A DNA stretch of 64,000 nt from assembly GCF_046119375.1 (NCBI RefSeq), contig NW_027362763.1, positions 452,910,001 to 452,974,000 on the forward strand. The letters are read 5' to 3'. Made by a program: the position numbers and the translations under genes. Of the stretch, positions 1 through 10,581 are shown one piece after another. The DNA comes from Phyllobates terribilis (lineage: Eukaryota). Numbering within the stretch: the stretch's first letter is position 1; each line of letters begins with the position of its first letter. The notes beneath the pieces are model-generated. The model ran no database searches. It saw only the letters and a program-made list of their open reading frames with translations, and was not told the origin of the DNA.

Positions 1-141
1 CTGCCATTTCTTAATTACATTTCGAACTGAGGAAAGGGCAACTTGAAAATGCTTTGCTATCTTCTTATAACCTTCTCCTGCTTTGTGGGCCTCCACCATT
101 TTAATTTTCAGAGTGCTAGGCAGCTGCTTAGAAGAACCCAT
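1..141 (-). CDS. Tc1/mariner transposase N-terminus (paired-like HTH), continues off the window start
   Basis: Manual minus-strand translation from ATG at 141 gives MGSSKQLPSTLKIKMVEAHKAGEGYKKIAKHFQVALSSVRNVIKKWQ, with the GYKKIAK HTH typical of Tc1 transposases; open to base 1. Confidence 0.85.
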   Translation of the reverse strand, partial: MGSSKQLPSTLKIKMVEAHKAGEGYKKIAKHFQVALSSVRNVIKKWQ

Positions 142-1115
142 GGCTGCTGTTTTTTGACACAAAGTTAGTGGAGGCTGGGTTTTTCTGAAGCTGGGAAATA
201 TTGCATCACCTGGCCTTTCCTAACGATGTTAGTGAACAAGACATAACCCTAAAAGGCTAATTAAGGTTTGAAACCTTTGTGGTTTTCATTGGTACCATTT
301 TTGTATATGTCTAATTTTTTGATCACTTAACATTTTATTCACTTTATTTTAATTTTTTTATGAGACAGATGAATAAAAACAGCAATTCTCATATTTTTTT
401 GTTTGGCGTTCACCCACACAAAATGATAAATAATAATTCAGCATTATAATGAGTGTTATTGTGAATGCAGCGTTATTAAATATACATTGTTATTAAAGGA
501 TATTTATTCTTTTTAGATTAAACATTTTTTTAATGGAAATACTTGAATTTTGGTTAAAGTATTTTTACTTTTGTTTTAAATACTTAATTACATTTTCTTT
601 CATATTTTATTTTTACAATATTGATAAGTTCCACAGGGAGACCTGAACATGTAGTTATATGATTGCATAGGTAATTCATTACAATACTTATGTAGTGCAA
701 TACATTACTTGGCCTGTAAGTGATTGACTGACAGAGAGCTTTTCAGACCTCTCAGGTTCTAAAAAGTTGTGGTATGTGGCAGACACAGTGGAAATTCTTA
801 CAATTTTGGTTGCAAAAGCAAACCATCAGCACCCTGAGACCACACTGCTGGATAGCTAAGTAGAGAAGCTATACGAAGCGATCAGCAGGACATACTGTAC
901 ATATCAATTATGGTGCCCAAATGCTCATGATGGATATGTATGTTATATAGCACTAACAAATTCAAATCTATTTAGCAAATAAATGACATAACATTTTAAA
1001 TAAATAGAAATCACAAAATTTGTATTTAGTAATGTATTTTTGTCTGTTTGAAAATCTGGATAATATGGAAATGGCAAATTTCAGCATGAGTGTATTTTTA
1101 TTTCAAAATACATAC

Positions 1116-2286
1116 TGTAACATCCCTGGCAGCATGCTGGCATGGTTTACCACCCCCCACCATGCAAGCCCGCCATCTTACCTATCAATCCAGGCTGCAC
1201 ACTTTACTCCAGTACCTGCTGTGTCTCTTGTCTGATTGCTTAGGGCGGCGGTTACTGCCTGATTCTTATAGTTACTTTGCACTCCTAATGCCTCCCCAGC
1301 CTATTGCTGTGAGTCACTGGATACTTAAACCCCCTCCACCGAGTGCCTGAGCAACACTTTCATTCAGTGTGTTCTGTGCAACTGAGTTGCCAGGTCCTAT
1401 CCTGTATCTTGTCTGTTTCTGCCACCCTGGGGGCTGTATACCCGGGCCTGTTACCTGTGTATCTGTGACTTCTAGTCTGTTCCGCCACCCTGGGGGCTGA
1501 GTTCACAGGCTCGTTCCTGTATCTTGTTCCTGGTTCAGTTCCTGTCTGAACTGTGTCCTAGCCCGTTACCCGTTTCCCTTTTCCTGCAGTGTCTGAACCT
1601 GCACCTAACTCCAACTCGTTGTCTCTGAACTTCTGTTTGTGAGTTTTGTGTACACTCGCTACTTCATTGTAAGTACCTTGTGTGTATCTGGTTCTGCTTG
1701 TTCACGCACCTGCGGTTTTGCTCTGCTCTGCTTGTTCACCGCACTTGCGGTTTTGCTCTGCTCTGCTTGTTCACCGCATCTGCGGGTTTTGGTCTGCTCT
1801 GCTTGTTCACAGCACCTGCGGTTTTGCTCTGCTCTGCTCGTTCACCGCACCTTCGGCTTTGCTCTGCTCTGCTTGTTCACCGCACTTGCGGTTTTGCTCT
1901 GCTCTGCTTGTTTACCCCACCTGCGGGTTTTGCTGTGCTCGTGCCTGCCAGTGCCCACCTGTCTGCATACCAGCCGTGCCTGCCAATACCCACCTGTCTG
2001 CATACCAGCTGTGCCTGCCAGTACCCACCTGTCTATATGCCAGTCTAACCTGCCTGTTCCTGCATTCCCCGGTGAGGGTCAACAGCTGTGACCGGGGTCT
2101 GACGTGGAGTAGCACCTGGTCCCTCTGCTCGGTTCCTCCCTGGTTAATGGAGTTCACTGAGCCGCCGTGCAACCTTAGTCAGACCGGGTTGATACTTTGT
2201 CACGCCCCTCCAGGCACTCCTCGGTTCATGGTCCAGTGGGATCACTAACCACGCTCACACCAGTCAGTCCGGGCGCGAGCATAACA
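1116..2286. mobile_element. Solo LTR (Gypsy-like), about 1.17 kb
   Basis: Starts TGTAAC and ends ATAACA; flanks CATAC (1111-1115) and CATAG (2287-2291) give a 5-bp TSD with one mismatch; no coding remnant. Confidence 0.6.
1690..2045. repeat. Two adjacent 35-bp minisatellites inside the solo LTR
   Basis: About 7 copies of GCACCTGCGGTTTTGCTCTGCTCTGCTTGTTCACC (1690-1940), then 3 copies of a GTGCCTGCCAGTGCCCACCTGTCTGCATACCAGCC-like unit (1941-2045). Confidence 0.9.
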
Positions 2287-4414
2287 CATAGAACCAATGT
2301 TATCCCACATGACAAATAATAATAATTATAATACATACAATCAAAGCTTCATTCTGTAAGCACTGATGAATTATTTACTTTAAAAACACAAACAAGCAAT
2401 CTCTACTCCAATATTCAGTTGGTAAAAAAAAGTATTGTTGACACAATAATGAATGCAGATGAGTGCCAAGAGTTTCAGTCGCAAGAATGATATGCAAGAC
2501 AATATGACACTTCCTTCCATACCAAGCAGCTCATTTTATGCTGACAATATTAAGATGCAGGAACTTTATGACTATTCTATGTTAGGAATGCATAATAAAA
2601 CTCTTCATAAATAACACCAAAAAAGAAAAGGTTAAATGTCAACGTTAACTAAACAATGGAAATGCATGATATATTCAGTACTGTGGAAATATGTTTTACA
2701 TGGGGAATGTCCGCATTTGAGATGAGCCCCTTTTAAGAAAATAAAAACAAGGATAATTTAAAAAAGTAAGAAAGATGTGAAATATAAAAAATGAGATGGG
2801 TAAAGAATGTAACAAATACAGATACTAATAAGCCATGATATTAAAAGCCCCTGCATAATTTTGTGTAGGTCTCCCTTGTGCCACCAATCAAGCTCTATCA
2901 TGTCATGATCTGAATTTTTTAAGATGTTACAAGCAAATGACCTGAGGCTTCTAGTACAGACAAATAGCAGTAGATACTAAGACTTTCTATTTAGCAGATG
3001 CTATAACCCTGTTGTCTATCACAATTTTTCCACTGGCAAAGTTGTTTGCCCATTCCTCTGCTTCCAACACATCGGATTCAAGAATTATCTGTTTACTTGC
3101 TGCCTGATCCCACCCTCTGATAGGCAGTGGTGTAACTAGAATCCTATGGGCCCCACTGCAAAATTTGGACCTTGGCCCCACCAGCATGTGGGGCAGATAT
3201 AATAATTTCCTTTGTTCTTGCACCTATCCTGTAATATTGTCTTCTGTTCTTTCCAACAACCTGTAATAATGTCCACCAGCCTGGCCTCATTTTTTAATAA
3301 TGTCCCCCATCCTAGCCATTATCCTATAATAATGACTCCTGTCCTGGAACCCATCCTGTATGAATGTCCCTTCTTTTTCATAAGCCATCCAAATGTGATC
3401 CCTTTAATTAGAAAGAAAACAATTTTACTGTACTATTTTGAATGTGAAGAAGTAATAGTCTCTCAACTAAAAGTGAAAAAATTATCCTTTTTTATTGACC
3501 AGAACTAGTTTGCTAATCACAAAATAATTACACAACTACAAGACTTTTTATCAAGTCAATCAAAAATTATCCCCTTGTTTCAGGTGACAATTTTGAATGT
3601 AAAGAAGTTAAGGCATGTTATCACCAAGCCTTTTAAAAAATTAGCCCTATTTTGAGAGTTGTTTCTTGAGGATACAAAAACATGAGAGTGCGTTTCCCAG
3701 CATTAGTAGTTCTCTCCAACACTATAAAACACAGTCGACAGCCAGAAGATGTTTGGGTGGTGTGGATGGGCAGTGGCTGCATCAGGAGTTGCATGGTAGA
3801 GTGTTAAGGGGCAGGCAAGATGATGCTTGGCAGTACAGGGCAATTAATGACAGCCCCGGCAGCAGCAGTACTGTCGATCACTATAAAACATAATGGACAG
3901 CCAGGGGTGTGTTGCTGGAAAGGCTGTGCAGTGGCTTCAGCAGGAGCAGCTCGGTAGAGAGATAGGATGGGGAAGATCATTGTTATGTTCTGCTACCAAA
4001 GCTAAGGAAAGAGAGGAGATCTGTCCCTACTATAAGACTCAGCTGAAACCCTACGATGTAACAGGGAACCTGATCCTGCGATCAGACCTGCTAAAGTCCT
4101 AATCTAGTCTGTACGGAGACCTATAGATTTGGGGAGGGAATCCCTACAAGTACTAAGGACTGGGAGGAATATGGGACACCTCCTAACAGAAATAGTAGCA
4201 GACAGACGAACAAACAAAATAGATAGAACCTAGAGGTCCGTAGACCAAGCAAACTAACAGAGTTAGATACAGAGCACAGGCTAGCTAGAAAGTAGATATA
4301 CAATGAAGTCCAGCAAAGCCAGAAGGGCGGAGCAGGATTAAATAGGCCAACAAGGTCATGTGACCAGCAAAGGAAAAAAAAACTAACAGCAAGGTTCTAA
4401 CAGTACCCCCCCTT

Positions 4415-7400
4415 CTAAGAGGATCCTCCGGATCCCCTAGGACCAGGCTTATCAGGAAATCTCCTGTGAAACGCTCTGATAAGTCTGGACGCGGAAACAT
4501 CATCTGACCTCACCCAAGAGTTATCCTCGGGTCCGAAACCTTTCCAGGCCACAAGATACTGCAAACTACCTCTATACCGTCTAGAGTCAAGGATGCGAGA
4601 AATTTCATATTCCCCGTCCTCCACCACCGGAGGAACAGAGGCAGAGGCGTCACCATCCGACACAACAGCTTTTTTTAACAGAGAGACATGAAAGACCGGA
4701 TTAATTCTCCAGGAGGTAGGAACCTCCAACCTAACAGCAGATTGGTTGACAACCTGAAGCACCTTAAAGGGCCCTACAAACTTGGGACCCAATTTCTTAG
4801 AAGGAATCCTCAACCGCAGATTCCTAGAGGACAACCAAACCATGTCACCAACAGCGAACAAAACCTCCTGTCGTTTCCTATCAAAGTAGTCTTTAGATTT
4901 TCTGTTGGCCTCCTGAAGATTACCACGCACATCCGTCCAAACTCTTTCCAAATCACCGGAAAAATTCTCCTCCTCAGGCACGGCAGATCCCAACTTGGAG
5001 AACGACCCAAACGACGGATGTCTCCCAGAACAACAAAAAAAAGGCGAACAACCAGCAGAAGAAGATGTATGATTGTTCAGAGCAAATTCGGCAAGTGGCA
5101 GAAACTCAGACCACCCCTCTTGATTGTCTGCCACAAAACAACGCAAGAACTGCTCAACATCCTGGTTTTTCCTTTCTGTCTGGCCATTAGATTCAGGATG
5201 ATATCCGGACGAAAACGACAAATGAATTCCCAACCTGTCACAAAAGGCACGCCAAAAACGAGCCACGAACTGAGGACCCCTATCAGAAACAATGTCAGTA
5301 GGAACGCCATGAAGTCTGACAATTTCCTTGACAAAGGCCTTAGCGAGAGTTTTAGCGCAGGGCAGTTTGACGAAGGGAACCAAGTGACACATCTTGCTAA
5401 AACGGTCCACGACCACCCAGATGACAGTAAAACCCTCAGAGGGGGGAAGGTCAGTTATAAAGTCCATAGCCAAATGTGTCCAAGGAGCACTGGGGACCTC
5501 CAAAGGACAAAGCAACCCCGCAGCAGGAGTATGTGAGGACTTAGATCTAGCACATATAGTACATTGGCGCACCCACTTAATGACTTCCTTCTGCCATCCA
5601 GGCCACCAAAAACTGCGACCCACCAGTCTCTTGGTCTCAGAGATTCCGGGATGACCTGCCAACCGAGATTCGTGACACTCAACAAACAAATCTCTCCTAA
5701 AGGTCCCAGGCACAAACAACCTCCCATGAGGAGTGTTAGATGGGGCATTCTCCTGAGCTTTAAGAATCTCATCTTCCAAAACGGAGTCTAAAGCAGCTAT
5801 CACAACACCTTCTTGTAAAATGTTTTCCTCTTTCTCAGCACCGACTATGGGAGAAAAACTGCGAGACAAGGCATCCGCCTTAACATTCTTAGTACCAGGG
5901 ATGTAAGTAACGGAGAAATTAAACCGCGAGAAAAACAGTGCCCACCTAGCCTGACGGGCATTCAGGCGCTTGGCAGCGTCAAGATATATCAGATTTTTAT
6001 GATCCGTAAGAACCTGAACGGGAAATTCCGCACCTTCCAAGAAGTGGCGCCAGTGTTCAAATGCGAGTTTAATAGCCAATAATTCCCGATTACCAATATC
6101 GTAATTCAATTCAGTCTCCGAAAATTTTTTTGAAAAAAATGCACAGGGATGTAATCCATCCCCGTTATCCTGAGACAATACTGCGCCAACCCCCACAGAG
6201 GAAGCATCAACCTCAACCAAAAACGGCCTAGTAACATCAGGCTGCATAAGGATGGGAGCAGAGGTGAACCTCTCCTTGAGATACACAAAAGCTTCAATGG
6301 CCTCAGAAGACCACTGAACCGCATCAGCACCTTTCCTGGTGAGATCAGTCAGAGGTTTGACAATACTAGAAAATTTTTTTATGAATTTTCTATAGTAATT
6401 GGCGAAACCCAAAAACCTCTGTATTGATTTCAAACCAATAGGTCTAGGCCATTCCTGCACAGCCTGAACCTTAATCGGATCCATCTCAAAACCTTTGCTG
6501 GAGATAATGTAGCCCAAAAAACTAATTCTCTGTACAGCGAACTCACATTTCTCCAGCTTAGCAAAAAGCGAATTGTCCATTAATAACTGTAATACCTCAC
6601 GCACGCTCCGCCAATGAGACTCCAGATCTGGCGAATAAATCAAAATGTCATCCAAATACACAACCACATTTTTACCGATCAAAGGTCTAAGGATGTCATT
6701 AATCAGATTCTGAAAAAATGCAGGAGCATTAGTAAGACCAAAAGGCATAACCAGATTCTCAAAATGACCCACAGGAGTGTTAAAAGCAGTCTTCCATTCA
6801 TCACCCTCCTTCATGCGCAACAGATTGTATGCCCCCTTAAGGTCAATTTTAGAGAACCACTTGGCCCCCAATAACTGGTTAAACAGATCAGGAATCAATG
6901 GCAGTGGGTAAGGATTGCGTACCGTAATTTTGTTAATCTCACGAAAATCCAGACAAGGACGTAAACCGCCGTCCTTTTTTTTTACAAAAAAAAATCCAAC
7001 CGCCACAGGAGACTTAGAGGGCCTAATGTGACCGGCGGCCAAACTTGTCTGTATGTATTCCTCCAAAGCCTTCCTCTCAGGAATAGTAAGGTTAAATAAA
7101 CGACTTTTAGGAAGAGTCGCTCCAGGGACAAATTCAATAGAACAATCATAGTCTCTATGGGGAGGCAAAACCTGCGATTCTTTCTCAGAAAAAACTCTCC
7201 AAAAATCCTGAATAGGAACAGGCAATTCTCCCCTATCCAAAGCTGCAATACGCCCGTTACAACACTTGTCATAACATTTATGGCTCCAGGATTTAATTTC
7301 ACTGGTAGACCAATCCAGTACAGGATTGTGAAATTTTAACCAGGGCAAACCCAATATTACTGGAGAAGGCAAGTTATTCAACACTACCAAATCCAATTTC

Positions 7401-8482
7401 TCATGGTGAACACCATTAATAGTGAGAGGAAATTCACTGACCTTGAGAGTAATATTCTTCAAAGGGGAGCCATCCACAGAAACCACAGCAATGGGGGATG
7501 ATAAAGGTTCAGGTTTTAAATTGAGTTTTTCCACGAATCCCCCATCAATAACATTCAGTGTAGACCCGCAATCAACAAACACCCGAAATTCCATTAATTT
7601 TTCCTGAGCAATCGTGGAAGCAGCTAAAAATATACCCTTGGAATTTAAACAGGCAATACGGGCGTGACTGACCATTTTTTTTTCTTTCTTCATACGAAGC
7701 TCACAGCCTTTAATCAAATGACCAGATTTCCCGCAATAGAAACACAAGCCTTCTGAAAAACGACGGTGTTTTTCTTGAGAGCGAGGTGCCACCGATCCAA
7801 TCTCCATCGGTTCACCACTGTTAGTACACACATTATCATAACCAGAAACTGACATAGCAGAGGATTTGCTCTCATTAACCCTAGCACGCAGTCTTCTGTC
7901 CACCCGTATAGCTAATTGCATAGCCTGTTGCAAATCCTCAGGTGTAGGATAAGCAATTAGCAGGTCTTTAACCTTTTCACTGAGCCCAGCAAGAAATAGA
8001 CTTTTCAGAGCAGAATCGTTCCACCCTGTTTGAGTGGACCAACGACGAAAATGTGTACAATATTTTTCCATATTACCTGATCCTTGTTTTAAACGTCTCA
8101 ACTCAGTCTCAGCTGATGCCACACGGTCAGGATCATCATATAATAGTCCTAAAGCAGAAAAAAAACTATCCACTGATCTGAAGCATGTATCACTAGGTTG
8201 CAAAGAAAAGGCCCACTCCTGAGGCTCTTTGCGCAAAAGTGACATTATGAACCCTACGCGCTGGGATTCATCCCCAGAGGACTTGGGTCTCAAACGAAAA
8301 TACAATAAGCAAGCATTTTTAAATGAAAAAAATTCTCGATGTTCACCAAAAAATAAATCCGGCAAACATACCTTAGGCTCCAAGAAATATGCTCCAGGAC
8401 AGTTACTCACGTGCTGACGGAGCTCGGCCACTTCCAGAGAGAGTCCCTGCAGGTGTTTAGCCAAATCCTGAACCGACACCAT
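4415..8482 (-). CDS. Gag-Pol polyprotein, 1355 aa, single frame
   Basis: Retrotrans-gag region, CCHC knuckle CFYCGKSGHLIKGC, protease VFVDCGS, RT YLDD, RNase H (VDAS, TDHKNL), integrase HHCC plus MDF/SDRG/TERK core, and C-terminal chromodomain YEISRILDS...YLVAWKGFGPEDNSW. Confidence 0.97.
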   Translation of the reverse strand: MVSVQDLAKHLQGLSLEVAELRQHVSNCPGAYFLEPKVCLPDLFFGEHREFFSFKNACLLYFRLRPKSSGDESQRVGFIMSLLRKEPQEWAFSLQPSDTCFRSVDSFFSALGLLYDDPDRVASAETELRRLKQGSGNMEKYCTHFRRWSTQTGWNDSALKSLFLAGLSEKVKDLLIAYPTPEDLQQAMQLAIRVDRRLRARVNESKSSAMSVSGYDNVCTNSGEPMEIGSVAPRSQEKHRRFSEGLCFYCGKSGHLIKGCELRMKKEKKMVSHARIACLNSKGIFLAASTIAQEKLMEFRVFVDCGSTLNVIDGGFVEKLNLKPEPLSSPIAVVSVDGSPLKNITLKVSEFPLTINGVHHEKLDLVVLNNLPSPVILGLPWLKFHNPVLDWSTSEIKSWSHKCYDKCCNGRIAALDRGELPVPIQDFWRVFSEKESQVLPPHRDYDCSIEFVPGATLPKSRLFNLTIPERKALEEYIQTSLAAGHIRPSKSPVAVGFFFVKKKDGGLRPCLDFREINKITVRNPYPLPLIPDLFNQLLGAKWFSKIDLKGAYNLLRMKEGDEWKTAFNTPVGHFENLVMPFGLTNAPAFFQNLINDILRPLIGKNVVVYLDDILIYSPDLESHWRSVREVLQLLMDNSLFAKLEKCEFAVQRISFLGYIISSKGFEMDPIKVQAVQEWPRPIGLKSIQRFLGFANYYRKFIKKFSSIVKPLTDLTRKGADAVQWSSEAIEAFVYLKERFTSAPILMQPDVTRPFLVEVDASSVGVGAVLSQDNGDGLHPCAFFSKKFSETELNYDIGNRELLAIKLAFEHWRHFLEGAEFPVQVLTDHKNLIYLDAAKRLNARQARWALFFSRFNFSVTYIPGTKNVKADALSRSFSPIVGAEKEENILQEGVVIAALDSVLEDEILKAQENAPSNTPHGRLFVPGTFRRDLFVECHESRLAGHPGISETKRLVGRSFWWPGWQKEVIKWVRQCTICARSKSSHTPAAGLLCPLEVPSAPWTHLAMDFITDLPPSEGFTVIWVVVDRFSKMCHLVPFVKLPCAKTLAKAFVKEIVRLHGVPTDIVSDRGPQFVARFWRAFCDRLGIHLSFSSGYHPESNGQTERKNQDVEQFLRCFVADNQEGWSEFLPLAEFALNNHTSSSAGCSPFFCCSGRHPSFGSFSKLGSAVPEEENFSGDLERVWTDVRGNLQEANRKSKDYFDRKRQEVLFAVGDMVWLSSRNLRLRIPSKKLGPKFVGPFKVLQVVNQSAVRLEVPTSWRINPVFHVSLLKKAVVSDGDASASVPPVVEDGEYEISRILDSRRYRGSLQYLVAWKGFGPEDNSWVRSDDVSASRLIRAFHRRFPDKPGPRGSGGSS

Positions 8483-8522
8483 GATGGAACAAAAAAAAAA
8501 TCTTTCCTTAGAGAATTTACAG

Positions 8523-8533
8523 GCTGGACTTAC
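8523..8533 (-). promoter_or_regulatory. Non-tRNA primer-binding site (putative self-priming)
   Basis: The sequence after the 5' LTR reads GTAAGTCCAGC on the element strand, not TGG. AAGTCCAGC is complementary to GCTGGACTT inside the LTR (8859-8867), 30 nt downstream of the start of a TATTTAA box (8891-8897). Confidence 0.65.
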
Positions 8534-10581
8534 TGTTATGTTCTGCTACCAAAGCTAAGGAAAGAGAGGAGATCTGTCCCTACTATAAGACTCAGCTGAA
8601 TCCCTACGATGTAACAGGGAACCTGATCCTGCGATCAGACCTGCTAAAGTCCTAATCTAGTCTGTACGGAGACCTATAGATTTGGGGAGGGAATCCCTAC
8701 AAGTACTAAGGACTGGGAGGAATATGGGACACCTCCTAACAGAAATAGTAGCAGACAGACGAACAAACAAAATAGATAGAACCTAGAGGTCCGTAGACCA
8801 AGCAAACTAACAGAGTTAGATACAGAGCACAGGCTAGCTAGAAAGTAGATATACAATGAAGTCCAGCAAAGCCAGAAGGGCGGAGCAGGATTAAATAGGC
8901 CAACAAGGTCATGTGACCAGCAAAGGAAAAAAAACCTAACAGCAAGGTTCTAACAATCATGAGGTACTTGGTAGTTTAGGGCCAGCAACAACAGCCCCAG
9001 CTGCAGCAATACTACATATGATATGATGGACAGGGAGTAGATGACTTGCAGAGTGTGGTCCATTGGCACTTGCGACAGCGGAACATTGTAGATGAAAGCC
9101 AATAATTTCACTTATTATAGAAATTTTGGTTTGATAATTTTAAACAATTTTGCTCATTCTGACAATTTTTTTCTTTCTGACCTGCCGTGCACAAGGATTG
9201 CACACATGTGGAAGTGTTCACAACAGGGAGTGGAAGGAGTTCACCTGGTCAGAAATGTGGTTGGTAACCGTTCACTGTACAAAAGCCTAACTAATTTGGA
9301 AACACATATTTTTCTGGTAATATGTCAGTTCCACTGCCCCAAAATTTTCTAAACATTTTTGAAAAAAATTGATAATTTAAAAAAAAATTATGAAGTTCCT
9401 AGAATTTTGGTTGGATAATTGTCAACTGTTATTCCCTTTCTCACAATCCTGACCAAAGTGCTACTGAAAAAAATAAAATTCAGATGCAGTCACAATAATA
9501 CATAATTTCATTCAGAATTAGAAAGAAGATGAGTGTAACACATATGTTCCGGATCCGGGCTTTCCTCCCTTCACCGTGGTCCAATGAACTCTGTTGTGCT
9601 CCACTTCGGGCTTTGCAGGTGGCCCGACATGCTCCCATGTGATCGTCTGCTTGCAGCCTCCAGTACCTCTGCTATCTGCTTTCCAGTCTCCTGTATACCT
9701 GAAGTCTCCGGTGCTTCTACTACCCATTTCCAGTGTGCCTCACCTGCCTGCCACACTGACATCCGTCGCCCGTGTGACCACCCTGACCTTGGGCATGGTG
9801 GATCCACCTGACCAGGTGAGCAAAAACAGTGAGTATGTTGTATCAAAAAATTGATGCATATAATGCGATAAATTTTTGTGTTTACAATATTTTTTAAATT
9901 TTGTATCCAAAACTGGCAGAGAAAGCTTTTTAGTCCATTACATAATAGCGGCTACGCATCTTCCATTGAGCTGCAGAGGACAAAATTCTTTTACAAAAGG
10001 CAATGCAATCCAGGTCATTTGGTATCAATTGTTGTGGAATTTGACATATAGAAGTACAATGTCCATGTAATTGGAAGATGAAATGCACGTTTTGTGGGCA
10101 AACAGAAAGAGAACACGCATAGCAGTTTCAGAGTTTATAGGCTACTTATATTGTATAAATGATCCAAAATTGATCCATTTTTGGAGAAGATGCCTGAATT
10201 GCTGTTGCTTACACACAAGCAATGCTAATAGAAGATACCGTGGCATTTTCACATGAGGAATTCAAAATTTATCCTTTTCTTGGGAGTATCAAGACCTTAA
10301 AAGTTTTATAAACAAAGAAGCGATAGATTCACAACCTCTCCAAAAATTATCCCTTTAATTAAAGAGACACATAGGCGTGCTGTTTTGAACATGAAGAAGT
10401 TATTGTTTCTCAACTAGGATTGAAAAATTATCCTTTTTGCTGGTTTGCAACTGGTTTGCTAATTTCAAAATCATTAGGCAATTGCAAAGGCATTTTATCA
10501 AGCCTTCCAAAATTATACATTTTTAGGGAAACAAAAGAGTAGCACTGTTTTCAAAATGAAGAATCTATGGCTTGTTGTCAC

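Larger units (their letters stand above)
3981..8955 (-). mobile_element. Full-length Ty3/Gypsy chromovirus (Tf1/sushi group) LTR retrotransposon
   Basis: LTRs 3981-4402 and 8534-8955 (422 bp each, TG...CA, 2 substitutions seen by eye); 5-bp TSD ATCAT at 3976-3980 and 8956-8960; PPT AGAAGGGGGGGTAC (reverse complement of 4403-4416); intact polyprotein. Confidence 0.98.

Noticed and set aside
1639-2248. Cys-rich ORFs in three frames
   Set aside because: Translation of stop-poor 35-bp minisatellites inside an LTR.
3125-3205. CAGTGGTGTAACTAG...GGGCCC transposon-end-like start
   Set aside because: No partner TIR or TSD found; too short to call.
4688-5536. 282-aa plus-strand ORF and other short ORFs overlapping gag-pol
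   Set aside because: Antisense shadows of the long pol frame; no recognisable motif.
9860-10330. About 160 codons with few stops, possibly a decayed gene
   Set aside because: No recognisable motif; could be an old hAT remnant or chance, so not supportable without a search.
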